A DNA stretch of 64,000 bases from Actinomycetes bacterium (lineage in GTDB: Bacteria > Actinomycetota > Actinomycetes > Actinomycetales > Dermatophilaceae): assembly GCA_029552065.1 (NCBI GenBank), contig JAKPEG010000068.1, positions 3,033 to 67,032 of the forward strand, in the 5' to 3' direction. Below the pieces are notes generated by a model that was given only the letters and a program-made list of their open reading frames with translations, did no database searches and had not been told where the DNA came from. This document shows, piece after piece, positions 54,226 through 62,793 of the stretch (the first letter of the stretch is position 1; every line of letters begins with the position of its first letter). Position numbers and translations under genes: made by a program.

Positions 54226-55461
54226 TCAGGACCTGCTGCCGATGCCCAACTCCATGAGATCGCGCCCGATGACGAGCTTTCCCGAGAAGTGTTTCTTCGC
54301 CGGTGTGAGCCAGTTGTCAGGAGCGAACCCGGGGACGATGTGGGAGAGCACGAGTGTGTCGACCCCGGCCCGCTCGGCGATCTTGCCGCAGTCTTCGGGC
54401 AAGGTGTGTGCGGTCATCAGGTGGTTCATCTGGGCGATGTTGTTGTCGGTCCACGGCTTGGGGTAAAGAGTCTGCACCCATTGTTCGGCGATGACCTCGT
54501 GGACGAGGATGTCGGCGCCCTGCGCGAGGCGGACGAGGTTGTCGCTGGGAGCTGTGTCGCCGGAAAAGACGACCGACCCCTGGTCGGTGTCGAAGCGGAA
54601 GCCGAAGGCGGGCACGATGGGAAAGTGGTCCACCAAGGTGGCGCTCACCTTGACGTAATCGTCCTCGAAGACAGTCCAGGGCTCGATTGTGGGATGCGCA
54701 GCGGTGTTGGGGTGATAGCCGAAGCCGCGAGGGATCGCGATGTCGTGCACGTCGAAGAAGGTGCGCAGACTCGGGTTCCGACCGTCGCGCATCCGGTCGT
54801 TGATGTCCAGCGAGTAGGCCTGGAACAGGTAGTCGGTGGTGTCCACGAGGCCCGGCACCGGGTTCTCGGGATTGTTCACCGGGATGTTCGGCGGCGGCTG
54901 ACCCGGCAGTGTCCAAATCGGCTCCAGCACGTCGTTGCCCTGCTCGTCGGTGCGCCTGCCTGGTCCGTAGACCTGGATCTTCGGCATGCCGGCCGCGCGG
55001 CGGCGCAGACCGTTGGACCAGCCGAGGACGAAGTGGTGGAAGTAGTCGGCGATGTGGTCCGAGTGCAGGTGCGTGACGAACATGCCCCGGGTCTTCTCCT
55101 CGCCCCAGTTGCCCCCCACGCTCTGCAGGTCCGCAGGGACGAGGGCGGCCTGCTTGAAGCGGTGACCTGCGCCGTCGCCGAAGTCGACGAGATAGACCGC
55201 GTCACCGACGACGACTGCGGAGCTGATCCCGACCCGGTCGGTGCCGGGGTACCAGATCGGCCCGCCGGCCGTGCCCAACAGGACCAGCCTGGAGCGGTAA
55301 CCCTTCGCCGCTCCGCTGCCGACGCCTTCGGCCGCAGCTGGAGTGGCTATTGCCGTTCCGCCGGCTGCCGCAGCAGCGGCAGCGACCGTCGTGAGCATGG
55401 CTCGTCGACTGAGGGGCCGTTCCCAGGCCTCACGGGCGGCTTCATCCACGATCTGGCACAT
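54226..55461 (-). CDS. Tat-exported MBL-fold metallo-hydrolase
   Basis: 411 aa. The twin-arginine signal is SRRAMLTTVAAAAAAAGGTAIATPAAA. The HxHxDH motif is THLHSDHIADY. Confidence 0.84.
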   Translation of the reverse strand: MCQIVDEAAREAWERPLSRRAMLTTVAAAAAAAGGTAIATPAAAEGVGSGAAKGYRSRLVLLGTAGGPIWYPGTDRVGISSAVVVGDAVYLVDFGDGAGHRFKQAALVPADLQSVGGNWGEEKTRGMFVTHLHSDHIADYFHHFVLGWSNGLRRRAAGMPKIQVYGPGRRTDEQGNDVLEPIWTLPGQPPPNIPVNNPENPVPGLVDTTDYLFQAYSLDINDRMRDGRNPSLRTFFDVHDIAIPRGFGYHPNTAAHPTIEPWTVFEDDYVKVSATLVDHFPIVPAFGFRFDTDQGSVVFSGDTAPSDNLVRLAQGADILVHEVIAEQWVQTLYPKPWTDNNIAQMNHLMTAHTLPEDCGKIAERAGVDTLVLSHIVPGFAPDNWLTPAKKHFSGKLVIGRDLMELGIGSRS

Positions 55462-55643
55462 CGGCGTCCCTCTCGTCCGGCACGGTCGGGGCCGTCAACG
55501 GTTGGGGACCGTCGTCGGTCGCATTCAGGGTGCTTCCGCACATGCGGATGAGTCAATCGCCCTCGGGTATTGATTCTCTCTGGGAGAAACGGGGCAATTC
55601 GGCACCCCGGGTCCTGCGTCGTGCGAATGGGGTAGCGGGATGC

Positions 55644-56744
55644 TCAGCCCAGCCGGAGTTGGCCTGTGACCGCCCAGAAACGGGCGCGGAGGGCGTGCCG
55701 AGAGGCCTCGTCCACGTCGTAGCTTCCGGTGCGGCTGGTGAGGTCGACGAGCAGGGCCCGGTCCAGGTCGCCGGGAATGGACGGTTCACCCTTGCGCAGG
55801 TCGACCAGGTGTTGCGGGGTCGCGGTGGCCAGCCAGGATTCGACCACCCGCTGGACGACCTGGTCGATGAGCCGGGGCGAGACCGGCTCGTGTTCGTCCG
55901 GTAACGGCACCGCCCCACCATTCGACGGCGAGGCTGCCGAGGGGGCGACGATCTTGGTCGGACGGCGGCTCGCGAGCACCGCCGGAGAGGGGGCGCCTCG
56001 TGCGGCGTCAGCCGAGTCAGAATGCGCGGCAACGAGATCGGGCGACGCCTTGTCGTCCCCGCAGGGCGCTGACGGCTGCCGGAAGTCCGCGGTGGCAGGG
56101 ACCTCCGTTGACGTGTCGGGGCTCACCGGCTCGGGAACCTCGTCTGCGTCCGACGGCTCGGTCACGGTGGCCCGGACGAGTTCGTCTGGGATTGCGGCCG
56201 GACGGACCGAGGAGTCGATCGTCGCGGTGTCGATGAGGACGACCTCGTCGGCGGCCCGCTGCAGGTGACGGGCCACCGACGAGGGGCGGCCCGCGGCATC
56301 CGGCACGGCGAGCACGAGCAGTTGGATCCCGTGACTCTGCGCCTCCTCGACCGCCTCCGTGAGGTCGTCGTCGCCGGAGACCAGGTAGATGAGGTCGACG
56401 ACCCGGTTGCGGCCATGGGTGGCAAGATCGAGACCGATCTTGAGGTCGACGCCCTTCTGCTCGCCCTGGTAGGACGTCCGGCCGAGCCGCAACTTCACGC
56501 GGGGCATGAGGCCGATCGCGTCCTGGCCGGCATCCGGCATACCTCCTGGGCGGGCACCGGCGTCGTACCAGTGGACCCGCAGGAGCGGCAGGCCGCTCTC
56601 CCGCTCGGCCTGGGCGATGAGCCCACGGATGAGGGCGTGGGTGTCGACCTGGACGCCACGGCGCAGCGAGGTGCCGGTCACCCGGGTCGCGGAGGCGGCC
56701 AGCAGGTAGCCGGCGTCGACGAAGATGGCGCAGTGCGGCCGCAT
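55644..56744 (-). CDS. NYN-domain (LabA-like) protein with long C-terminal extension
   Basis: 366 aa. The N-terminal 170 aa (AIFVDAGYLL...GVDLKIGLDL...LVSGDDDLTEAVEEAQSHG) match the PIN-like NYN RNase fold. The remainder is low-complexity plus a conserved-looking C-terminal module. Confidence 0.83.
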   Translation of the reverse strand: MRPHCAIFVDAGYLLAASATRVTGTSLRRGVQVDTHALIRGLIAQAERESGLPLLRVHWYDAGARPGGMPDAGQDAIGLMPRVKLRLGRTSYQGEQKGVDLKIGLDLATHGRNRVVDLIYLVSGDDDLTEAVEEAQSHGIQLLVLAVPDAAGRPSSVARHLQRAADEVVLIDTATIDSSVRPAAIPDELVRATVTEPSDADEVPEPVSPDTSTEVPATADFRQPSAPCGDDKASPDLVAAHSDSADAARGAPSPAVLASRRPTKIVAPSAASPSNGGAVPLPDEHEPVSPRLIDQVVQRVVESWLATATPQHLVDLRKGEPSIPGDLDRALLVDLTSRTGSYDVDEASRHALRARFWAVTGQLRLG

Positions 56745-56795
56745 GCCCTCACTCTCGCACAGCCGCGAAGGCTCGGATCGCGCCTGCGGGCCGCG

Positions 56796-57149
56796 TCAGG
56801 CCAGGTCCAGCACCGGGCGGATGTCGATGTCGTAGGCCGGCAGGATCCGGCACAACTCGATCACCGTCTCGAGGTCCGGGGCCTCGAGCAGATAGAACCC
56901 GCCGATGTGCTCCGCGACCTCGGCGAAGGGCCCGTCGGTCACCGACATCGACCCGCCGCGAGTGCGCAGCGTGGTTGCCGCTGCCCCATCGCCGAGCGCC
57001 TCACCGCCGAGCATGCTCACCCCGTCACGGTCGGCGCAGGCCTGCGCGAAGGCCTCGTGACGCTCCAGCCCAGCGGCCTGCTCCTCGGCCGACAGGTCGT
57101 CCCACAACGGCAGCTCGCCGTAGCCCGCCAGCAACACGAAGTACTTCAT
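56796..57149 (-). CDS. YciI-family protein
   Basis: 117 aa (MKYFVLLAGYGELPLWDDLSAEEQAAGLERHEAF...DGPFAEVAEHIGGFYLLEAPDLE). GGAGAGGA SD. Confidence 0.84.
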   Translation of the reverse strand: MKYFVLLAGYGELPLWDDLSAEEQAAGLERHEAFAQACADRDGVSMLGGEALGDGAAATTLRTRGGSMSVTDGPFAEVAEHIGGFYLLEAPDLETVIELCRILPAYDIDIRPVLDLA

Positions 57150-57229
57150 CGTGGGTCCTCTCCGCGGCCCCGACGGTCGGGGCGACACCATGATGACGGG
57201 CGAGCGGGGCCCGGATCGACAGCCGCGAC

Positions 57230-59782
57230 CTAGAGGCGAGGGTCGACCGGCTCGGATTCGAGCGCCAGCACCGCGAAGACGCGTTGGTGGACCTTCCACA
57301 GCGGCTCGTGGTCGACGAAGCCGACCAGCGCGTCGAGGCCCAGCCCGTGCTCACGCTGGGCGAGCTGACGCTTGCGACCCAGGTGGCGCTGGCGCAACAG
57401 GTCGAGCGAATCGGTGTAGTCCGGCCCGTAGATGATCCGCAGATACTCCCGGCCGCGCACCTTGAGCCCGGGCTGGACCCGGCCTCGGGCGTGCCCGACC
57501 GGCCCGGCCGGCTTGACGACCATGCCCTCGCCGCCTGCCGCGGTGAGCCCCAGCCACCAGGTCACGGCAGCAGCCCGCTCGTCAGGAGAGGCCAGCTCGA
57601 CGAATCGGTGCCGAGTGGGGGTGATGAGCGGGTCGTCGAGGGTCGCCAGCTGGGCCAGGTGCCAGTCGTGCCGCTCGCTCACCGCGAGCGCGCGGCCCTG
57701 CGCGGCCAGGATCTGGAAGGGCGCGAGGGTGATCCCGTCGAGTCCCTCGCTCGGCCGGCAGTATGCCGTGTAGGCGTCGCGGAAGGCCGTCGCGTCGGTG
57801 AGTCGGGTCTGGGTGCGGGCGGTCAGCTCGGCGACGTCGAGACCGCGCCGGCTCGCCTGGTCGAGCGCGTCGAGGGCGGCGGGCAGTGCGTGGCGTGCGG
57901 CCGCACCCACGGAGGCGTACTGGTTCTTGATGAGATCCAGGGCTTTGGCCGACCAGGGCAGCAGCTCGCAGTCCAACACCAGCCAGTCGCTGTCCAGCCG
58001 CTCGAACAACGGGGCGACGGCCCCGCGCAGCCGGTCGACCAAGGGTGCGGTGTCGGCGAAGAAGGGCCGCCCGGTGCGGGTGTAGACCACCCCGGTGCAC
58101 CCGTCGTCGACACCGAAGCGCAGCCGGGCGGTCTCGGGGTCCCGCGCGAGCACGGCGATCGCTCGGGAGCCCATGTGCTTCTCCTCGCACACCACCCGGG
58201 TGAGGCCCCACGCGGCATACTCCTCGAACGCCTGCTCGGGGTGCTCGAGGAAGCCGTCGAGCGACGACGCGGCTGCCGGTGACATGGTCGGCGGCAGGTA
58301 GACGAGCCAGCGCGGGTCCACCGCGAAGCGGCTCATCACCTCGAGCGCGGCTGCGGCGTTGTCCTCGGGGATCTTCACCTTGCCGGCGTGGGTCGTCGTG
58401 AGCCATCGGGTGCCGGCGACGTCGTCGATCGCCAGGACGGACGGCTCGCGTTCGGCGGCCTGGGGAGTGAGGGGCCGGGCCGGTTCGTACCACTGCTGCT
58501 CGGCGGGCACCGAGACGAGCTCGCGCTCGGGGTAGCGCAGCGCGGTGAGCGAGCCGCCGAAGACGGCGCCGGTGTCGAGACAGATGGTGTTGTTGACCCA
58601 TTCCGCACGCGGCACCGGGGTGTGGCCGTAGGCGACGAGGGCGCTGCCGCGGTAGTCGCGTGCCCACGGGTAGCGCACCGGCAGGCCGTAGTCGTCGGTC
58701 TCGCCGGTGGTGTCGCCGTAGAGGGCGAAGGCTCGTACTCGGCCGGAGGAGCGGCCCTGGTAGCTCTCCTTGAGGCCTGCGTGGGCGACGACCAGTCGCC
58801 CGCCGTCCAGCACGTAGTGGCTGATCAGCCCGTCCATGAACGCGAGCGCGGCGTCACGGACGTCGGCCGGCTGCGCCTCGATCTGGGCCAGCGACTCGGC
58901 CAGCCCGTGGGAGACGCGCACCTTGGCGCCCTTGAGCGCGCGGACGAGCTTGACCTCGTGGTTGCCGGAGACGCACAGGGCGGTGCCGGCCGCGACCATG
59001 CCCATGACCAGCCGCAGCACCCCGGGGGTGTCGGGCCCCCGGTCGACGAGGTCGCCGACGAAGACCGCCTGGCGCCCGGCCGGGTGGCTGGCCCCGACGG
59101 CGACCTCTCCGTCGAGCTCGAGCTCCCAGCCGAGGGCGGTGAGCAGGCTGCGCAGCTCGGAGGCGCAGCCGTGGACGTCGCCGATGATGTCGAACGGCCC
59201 GGTCAGCTCGGTGCGGTCGTTCCACGGCCGCTCGCGCTCGATGCGGGCAGCGGCGATCTCCTCGACCCCGCGCAGCACGTGCACCCGGCGGAAGCCCTCC
59301 TTGCCGAGCCGGCGGATCGAGCGGGCCAGGTCGCGGCTCTGCCGGGCCACCACGTGGTCGCCGAAGTCGCGGTCCGGGCGCTGCCGGTTGCGTGCGGTCG
59401 CCACCTGCTCGGGCACGTCGAGGACGATGGCGTCGACGAGCACGTCGTGCGACTTGGCCAGCGCGACGAGCGCCGCCCGCGACTGCTGCTGGACGTTGGT
59501 CGCGTCGACGACGGCCAGGAGCCCGCGGCGCAGTCGGGTGCCGACGATGAAGTGCAGCACGTCGAAGGCGTCGGGGGTCGCCGACTGGTCGTTCTCGTCG
59601 TCCGCGACCAGACCGCGGCAGACGTCGCTCGAGATGACCTCGGTCGGCGCGAAGTGTTCGCGCGCGAAGGTCGACTTGCCGCTGCCGGACACGCCGACCA
59701 GCACGACCAGGCCCCTCGCGGGGATCCGCAGCGGAGGCCGCTCTTCGGGCCGGTCGCTGCTCGCCCGGCTGGTTTCAGACAC
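57230..59782 (-). CDS. pnkp: polynucleotide kinase-phosphatase (bacterial Pnkp: kinase, metallophosphatase, ligase-like adenylyltransferase)
   Basis: 850 aa from GTG 59782, overlapping the hen1 stop by 8 nt. The P-loop kinase is VVLVGVSGSGKSTF. The calcineurin-type phosphatase has GDVHGC...GDLVDRGPD...GNHE...GHTP. The C-terminal domain has the lysine motif EEKHMGSRA. Confidence 0.9.
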   Translation of the reverse strand: MSETSRASSDRPEERPPLRIPARGLVVLVGVSGSGKSTFAREHFAPTEVISSDVCRGLVADDENDQSATPDAFDVLHFIVGTRLRRGLLAVVDATNVQQQSRAALVALAKSHDVLVDAIVLDVPEQVATARNRQRPDRDFGDHVVARQSRDLARSIRRLGKEGFRRVHVLRGVEEIAAARIERERPWNDRTELTGPFDIIGDVHGCASELRSLLTALGWELELDGEVAVGASHPAGRQAVFVGDLVDRGPDTPGVLRLVMGMVAAGTALCVSGNHEVKLVRALKGAKVRVSHGLAESLAQIEAQPADVRDAALAFMDGLISHYVLDGGRLVVAHAGLKESYQGRSSGRVRAFALYGDTTGETDDYGLPVRYPWARDYRGSALVAYGHTPVPRAEWVNNTICLDTGAVFGGSLTALRYPERELVSVPAEQQWYEPARPLTPQAAEREPSVLAIDDVAGTRWLTTTHAGKVKIPEDNAAAALEVMSRFAVDPRWLVYLPPTMSPAAASSLDGFLEHPEQAFEEYAAWGLTRVVCEEKHMGSRAIAVLARDPETARLRFGVDDGCTGVVYTRTGRPFFADTAPLVDRLRGAVAPLFERLDSDWLVLDCELLPWSAKALDLIKNQYASVGAAARHALPAALDALDQASRRGLDVAELTARTQTRLTDATAFRDAYTAYCRPSEGLDGITLAPFQILAAQGRALAVSERHDWHLAQLATLDDPLITPTRHRFVELASPDERAAAVTWWLGLTAAGGEGMVVKPAGPVGHARGRVQPGLKVRGREYLRIIYGPDYTDSLDLLRQRHLGRKRQLAQREHGLGLDALVGFVDHEPLWKVHQRVFAVLALESEPVDPRL

Positions 59783-61172
59783 GGGTGAACACCGCAAGCT
59801 GGGTCGGCGCGCCGAACTCGGGGTCTGCGTCGCCGACGCCGCGCAGCTGCACGGCATACCCGTATGCCGTGGCCACCGCCGCGGTCCAGGCGGCGAACTC
59901 GGCGCGGTCCCACTCGAAGCGGTGGTCGGGGTGGCGCAGGCCGCGCAGGCTCTCGTAGCGGACGTTGTAGTCCCGGTTGGGGGTGGTGACGACGACGGTG
60001 CCTGGAGTGGCGGCACCGAAGACGACCCGTTCGAGGGCGGGCAGGCGGGAGGGGTCGACGTGCTCGATGACCTCCATGAGGACAGCCGCGTCGTAGCCGG
60101 CGAAGCGTGGGTCCTCGTAGGTGAGGGCGCCCTGGAAGAGGGTGACCCGCGCGGTCTGGCGCTCGCTCATCCGGTCAAGGCGGAGGCGCCGGGCGGCATA
60201 CTGCAGGCTGCGGGTCGAGACGTCGCTGCCGGCGATCCGGGTGAAAGCCGGTGTGCCGACAAGGCGCTGGAGGAACTGCCCGGGCCCGCAACCGAGGTCG
60301 ATGACCGAGGCGGCGCCGGCAGCTTCGAGGGCATCGAGGACCGCGTCATGGCGCTGGGCGTTGAGCGGGACGCGTCGCTCCTGAGGCTGCAGCGCCTCCT
60401 CGTCGTCGGCAGGTTCGAGCGCCTCCTCGGTCGCGTCGTCGAGCTCGGCGAGCCGGGCCAGGGCCACGCGGGTGAGAGCGCCGTGCCGGCCGAGGTAGCG
60501 GTGGGTGATGAGGTCGCGGTCGGGGTGGTCGGCGAGCCAACCGCCGCCGGAGCGCAGCAGCTTGTCCACCTCGTCGGGCCCCTGCCAGTAGTGCTTGGAC
60601 TCGTCGAGGACTGGAAGCAGGACGTGCAGCTGGCTGAGCGCGTCGGCCAGGCGGATCGTGCCGGTCAGCTGCAGGTGCACGTAGCGGGACTGGCCCCATT
60701 CCGGGAAGGCGTCGTCAAGGGCGATCGGCTCGGCGTCGACCTGCCAGCCCAGCGGCTCGAAGACCCGCCGGGCGATCTCCGGGCCGCCGCGGCACGGCAG
60801 GACGGGCAGGCGGAGCTGCAGCGGGATCGCGCTGTCGGCCAACTCCTGGCGGGAGGTGCACCGGCCCGACCGCGCGGTGCTGAAGACGTCGGCGAGGGCG
60901 ACCGCGAGCAGGGACGACGCGGCATACGAACGGTCGTTGACGTATTGCGCGAGGCTGAAGTCGGGGGAGGTGCGCGAGCGGGAGCGCGCCATCCGGACCG
61001 GGTCGATCTCGAGCATGAGCGTGGCAATGCAGCGCTCGTCACTCGCCTCGGGGTAGAAAACCGTTGCGACACCGAAGGATTGCGTGAATCGCTGCACGCG
61101 GTCAGGGTGCTTGTGCAGCAGATGACCCAGGTCGGTCGCCGGGGTGTGCGTGGTGGTGATACTGAGCAACAC
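59775..61172 (-). CDS. hen1: bacterial Hen1 3'-terminal RNA ribose 2'-O-methyltransferase
   Basis: 465 aa from GTG 61172 (VLLSITTTHTPATDLGHLLHKHPDRVQ...). The C-terminal SAM-MTase has VIDLGCGPGQF and MEVIEHVD. It is translationally coupled to pnkp. Confidence 0.9.
   Translation of the reverse strand: MLLSITTTHTPATDLGHLLHKHPDRVQRFTQSFGVATVFYPEASDERCIATLMLEIDPVRMARSRSRTSPDFSLAQYVNDRSYAASSLLAVALADVFSTARSGRCTSRQELADSAIPLQLRLPVLPCRGGPEIARRVFEPLGWQVDAEPIALDDAFPEWGQSRYVHLQLTGTIRLADALSQLHVLLPVLDESKHYWQGPDEVDKLLRSGGGWLADHPDRDLITHRYLGRHGALTRVALARLAELDDATEEALEPADDEEALQPQERRVPLNAQRHDAVLDALEAAGAASVIDLGCGPGQFLQRLVGTPAFTRIAGSDVSTRSLQYAARRLRLDRMSERQTARVTLFQGALTYEDPRFAGYDAAVLMEVIEHVDPSRLPALERVVFGAATPGTVVVTTPNRDYNVRYESLRGLRHPDHRFEWDRAEFAAWTAAVATAYGYAVQLRGVGDADPEFGAPTQLAVFTRV
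59851..59870. repeat. perfect palindrome formed by two facing GTATGCCG octamers inside hen1
   Basis: The palindrome is CACGGCATAC-CC-GTATGCCGTG, with 10-nt arms. It encodes ATAYGYAV on the minus strand. Confidence 0.9.
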
Positions 61173-61279
61173 GGGGTCAGTCTGCCCGAGGCGGGTATGC
61201 CGTTTCGCGCCGATTAGCCTGGGCTTTGGGGTCGGGAAATCTGTTCCTGTCGACGCGGGCGGGCGGCTACGGTGCGAGC

Positions 61280-62071
61280 ATGCCCGATCGGCCGAATGTC
61301 GAATACGGCGACCGCGCGGTGGCACTGCCCAACGAGATCCTGCGCTCGGTCGTCGGCAGTGGCGTGCACGGGATCGCGATCGCCGGCACCGACGACCACG
61401 ACGAGATGGGCGTCTACATCGAGCCACCGGCATACGTGCTTGGGGTCGAACGGCATCGTGAGGACTTCATCTGGCGGACCCAGCCCGAGGGGGTGCGCAG
61501 CGGGCATGGCGACACCGACCTGGTGCTCTATTCGCTGCACAAATACCTGCGCCTGGCGGTCAAGGGCAACCCGACGGTGATGATCCCGCTCTTCGCGCCG
61601 GAGGAGTCCTTGGTCGTCGTGACCGAGCTGGGGCGGGAGCTGCGGGCCCTGCGCGCGGCGTTCCTCTCGCAGGTGGCGGTGCAGCGCTTCCTCGGCTATA
61701 TGCACTCCCAGCACGAGCGGATGCTGGGCGGGGGGTCGGGAGGCCGGGCGCCGAACCGGCCCGAGTTGGTCGAGCGATTCGGCTGGGACGTCAAGTACGG
61801 CAGCCACGCGCTGCGGCTGGCCTACCAGGGGCACGAGATCGCCGCCGAGGGCACGCTCACGTTGCCACTGCCCGAGCCGCAGCGTGAGCGGGTGCTCGCG
61901 GTCAAACGCGGCGAGGTGGCTCGTGATGAGGTGTCCGCGGAGATCGCGGACTATGAGGTGCGGGTTCGTCGGGTGCTCGAGACCGGTGCTTCGCCGCTGC
62001 CCGAGGTCGCCGACCTGGACGCCATCTCCGACTGGGCGATCAGTGCGCAGCGCCGACACTGGGGTTGGTAG
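61280..62071 (+). CDS. RlaP-like (DNA-polymerase-beta-superfamily) nucleotidyltransferase, divergent from hen1-pnkp
   Basis: 263 aa from ATG 61280. The sequence GSGVHGIAIAGTDDHDEMGVYIEPP matches the G-S-x-hG...D-x-D NTase motif of the predicted-nucleotidyltransferase family linked to RNA-repair loci. The family call is from memory of that motif and the context. Confidence 0.65.
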   Translation: MPDRPNVEYGDRAVALPNEILRSVVGSGVHGIAIAGTDDHDEMGVYIEPPAYVLGVERHREDFIWRTQPEGVRSGHGDTDLVLYSLHKYLRLAVKGNPTVMIPLFAPEESLVVVTELGRELRALRAAFLSQVAVQRFLGYMHSQHERMLGGGSGGRAPNRPELVERFGWDVKYGSHALRLAYQGHEIAAEGTLTLPLPEPQRERVLAVKRGEVARDEVSAEIADYEVRVRRVLETGASPLPEVADLDAISDWAISAQRRHWGW

Positions 62072-62430
62072 AACCGGGGACCATGACGGGGAGTTGGTGG
62101 GCTGCTCGTCGGCTTTGACTTCCCGTCACACGCAAAGGAGATTGCATGTCATGCAAACTCCAAGCCCGCCGCTGCTGCCGCTGCTGCGGTCGCCTGCGCA
62201 GGCGGGCATCCCTTTCGTTCGTTCGGTCGGATCCGGCGTAGCCGCAACCCTTACGAGAACCCGACTCCGATCAGGCTGGCCCTGACGGGGCGGACGTCGT
62301 GGACGCGTTGAGGGTGGCGGCCGAGGCGCGCAGAGCCGCGTTGGGACTCCTCGACTCTGGGCAGCTCGATCGCTGGATGGAGCGCGGGCCGGTTGGGGAT
62401 CGGTCGTGCTGGGACCGCGCGAACGTCGCG

Positions 62431-62503
62431 TGCCCCCGGCGCGAATCGAACGCGCGACACCCGCTTTAGGAGAGCGGTGCTCTATCCCCTGAGCTACGAG
62501 GGC
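62431..62503 (-). tRNA. tRNA-Arg (anticodon CCU)
   Basis: Minus-strand sequence: GCCCTCGTAGCTCAGGGGATAGAGCACCGCTCTCCTAAAGCGGGTGTCGCGCGTTCGATTCGCGCCGGGGGCA. It has a 7-bp acceptor stem (one G-U), a D-loop AGCTCAGGGGATAGAGC, anticodon loop CUCCUAA and a GTTCGATTC T-loop. CCA is not encoded. Confidence 0.92.
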
Positions 62504-62793
62504 GGGGAGCCCGTATGCCGTGCGCCGGGCCGTCGTCAAGGGTAGCCCGTCGCCGCCTGGTCCCTCACGGCCACGGACAGCCACGGACAGGCCATCGGGC
62601 GGGCCGGCGTCGGCCGAGGAGATGCGGACCGAGACAGGGGGTACGAGAACCTGAGAGTCTGCACCGCCACCCGGTGCACACTCTCAGGAAGTCAGACCCC
62701 CTCATGTCCCCCCGGACCCGCCGCGCGCGGACGCAAGCCCGCAACCGGGCGCGGCGGCTCGGTTCGCGCGCCCGGACTAGTTAGCCTGACCGG

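Noticed and set aside
62072-62503. Integrated mobile element or genomic island at the tRNA-Arg gene.
   Set aside because: No integrase, excisionase, transposase or direct repeat of the tRNA 3' end is visible in the window. Only a possible gene stump is present, and it is reported as a low-confidence finding.
62126-62584. Track ORF of 152 aa on the minus strand.
   Set aside because: It overlaps the whole tRNA-Arg gene (62431..62503) and has an Arg/Pro-rich artefactual composition.
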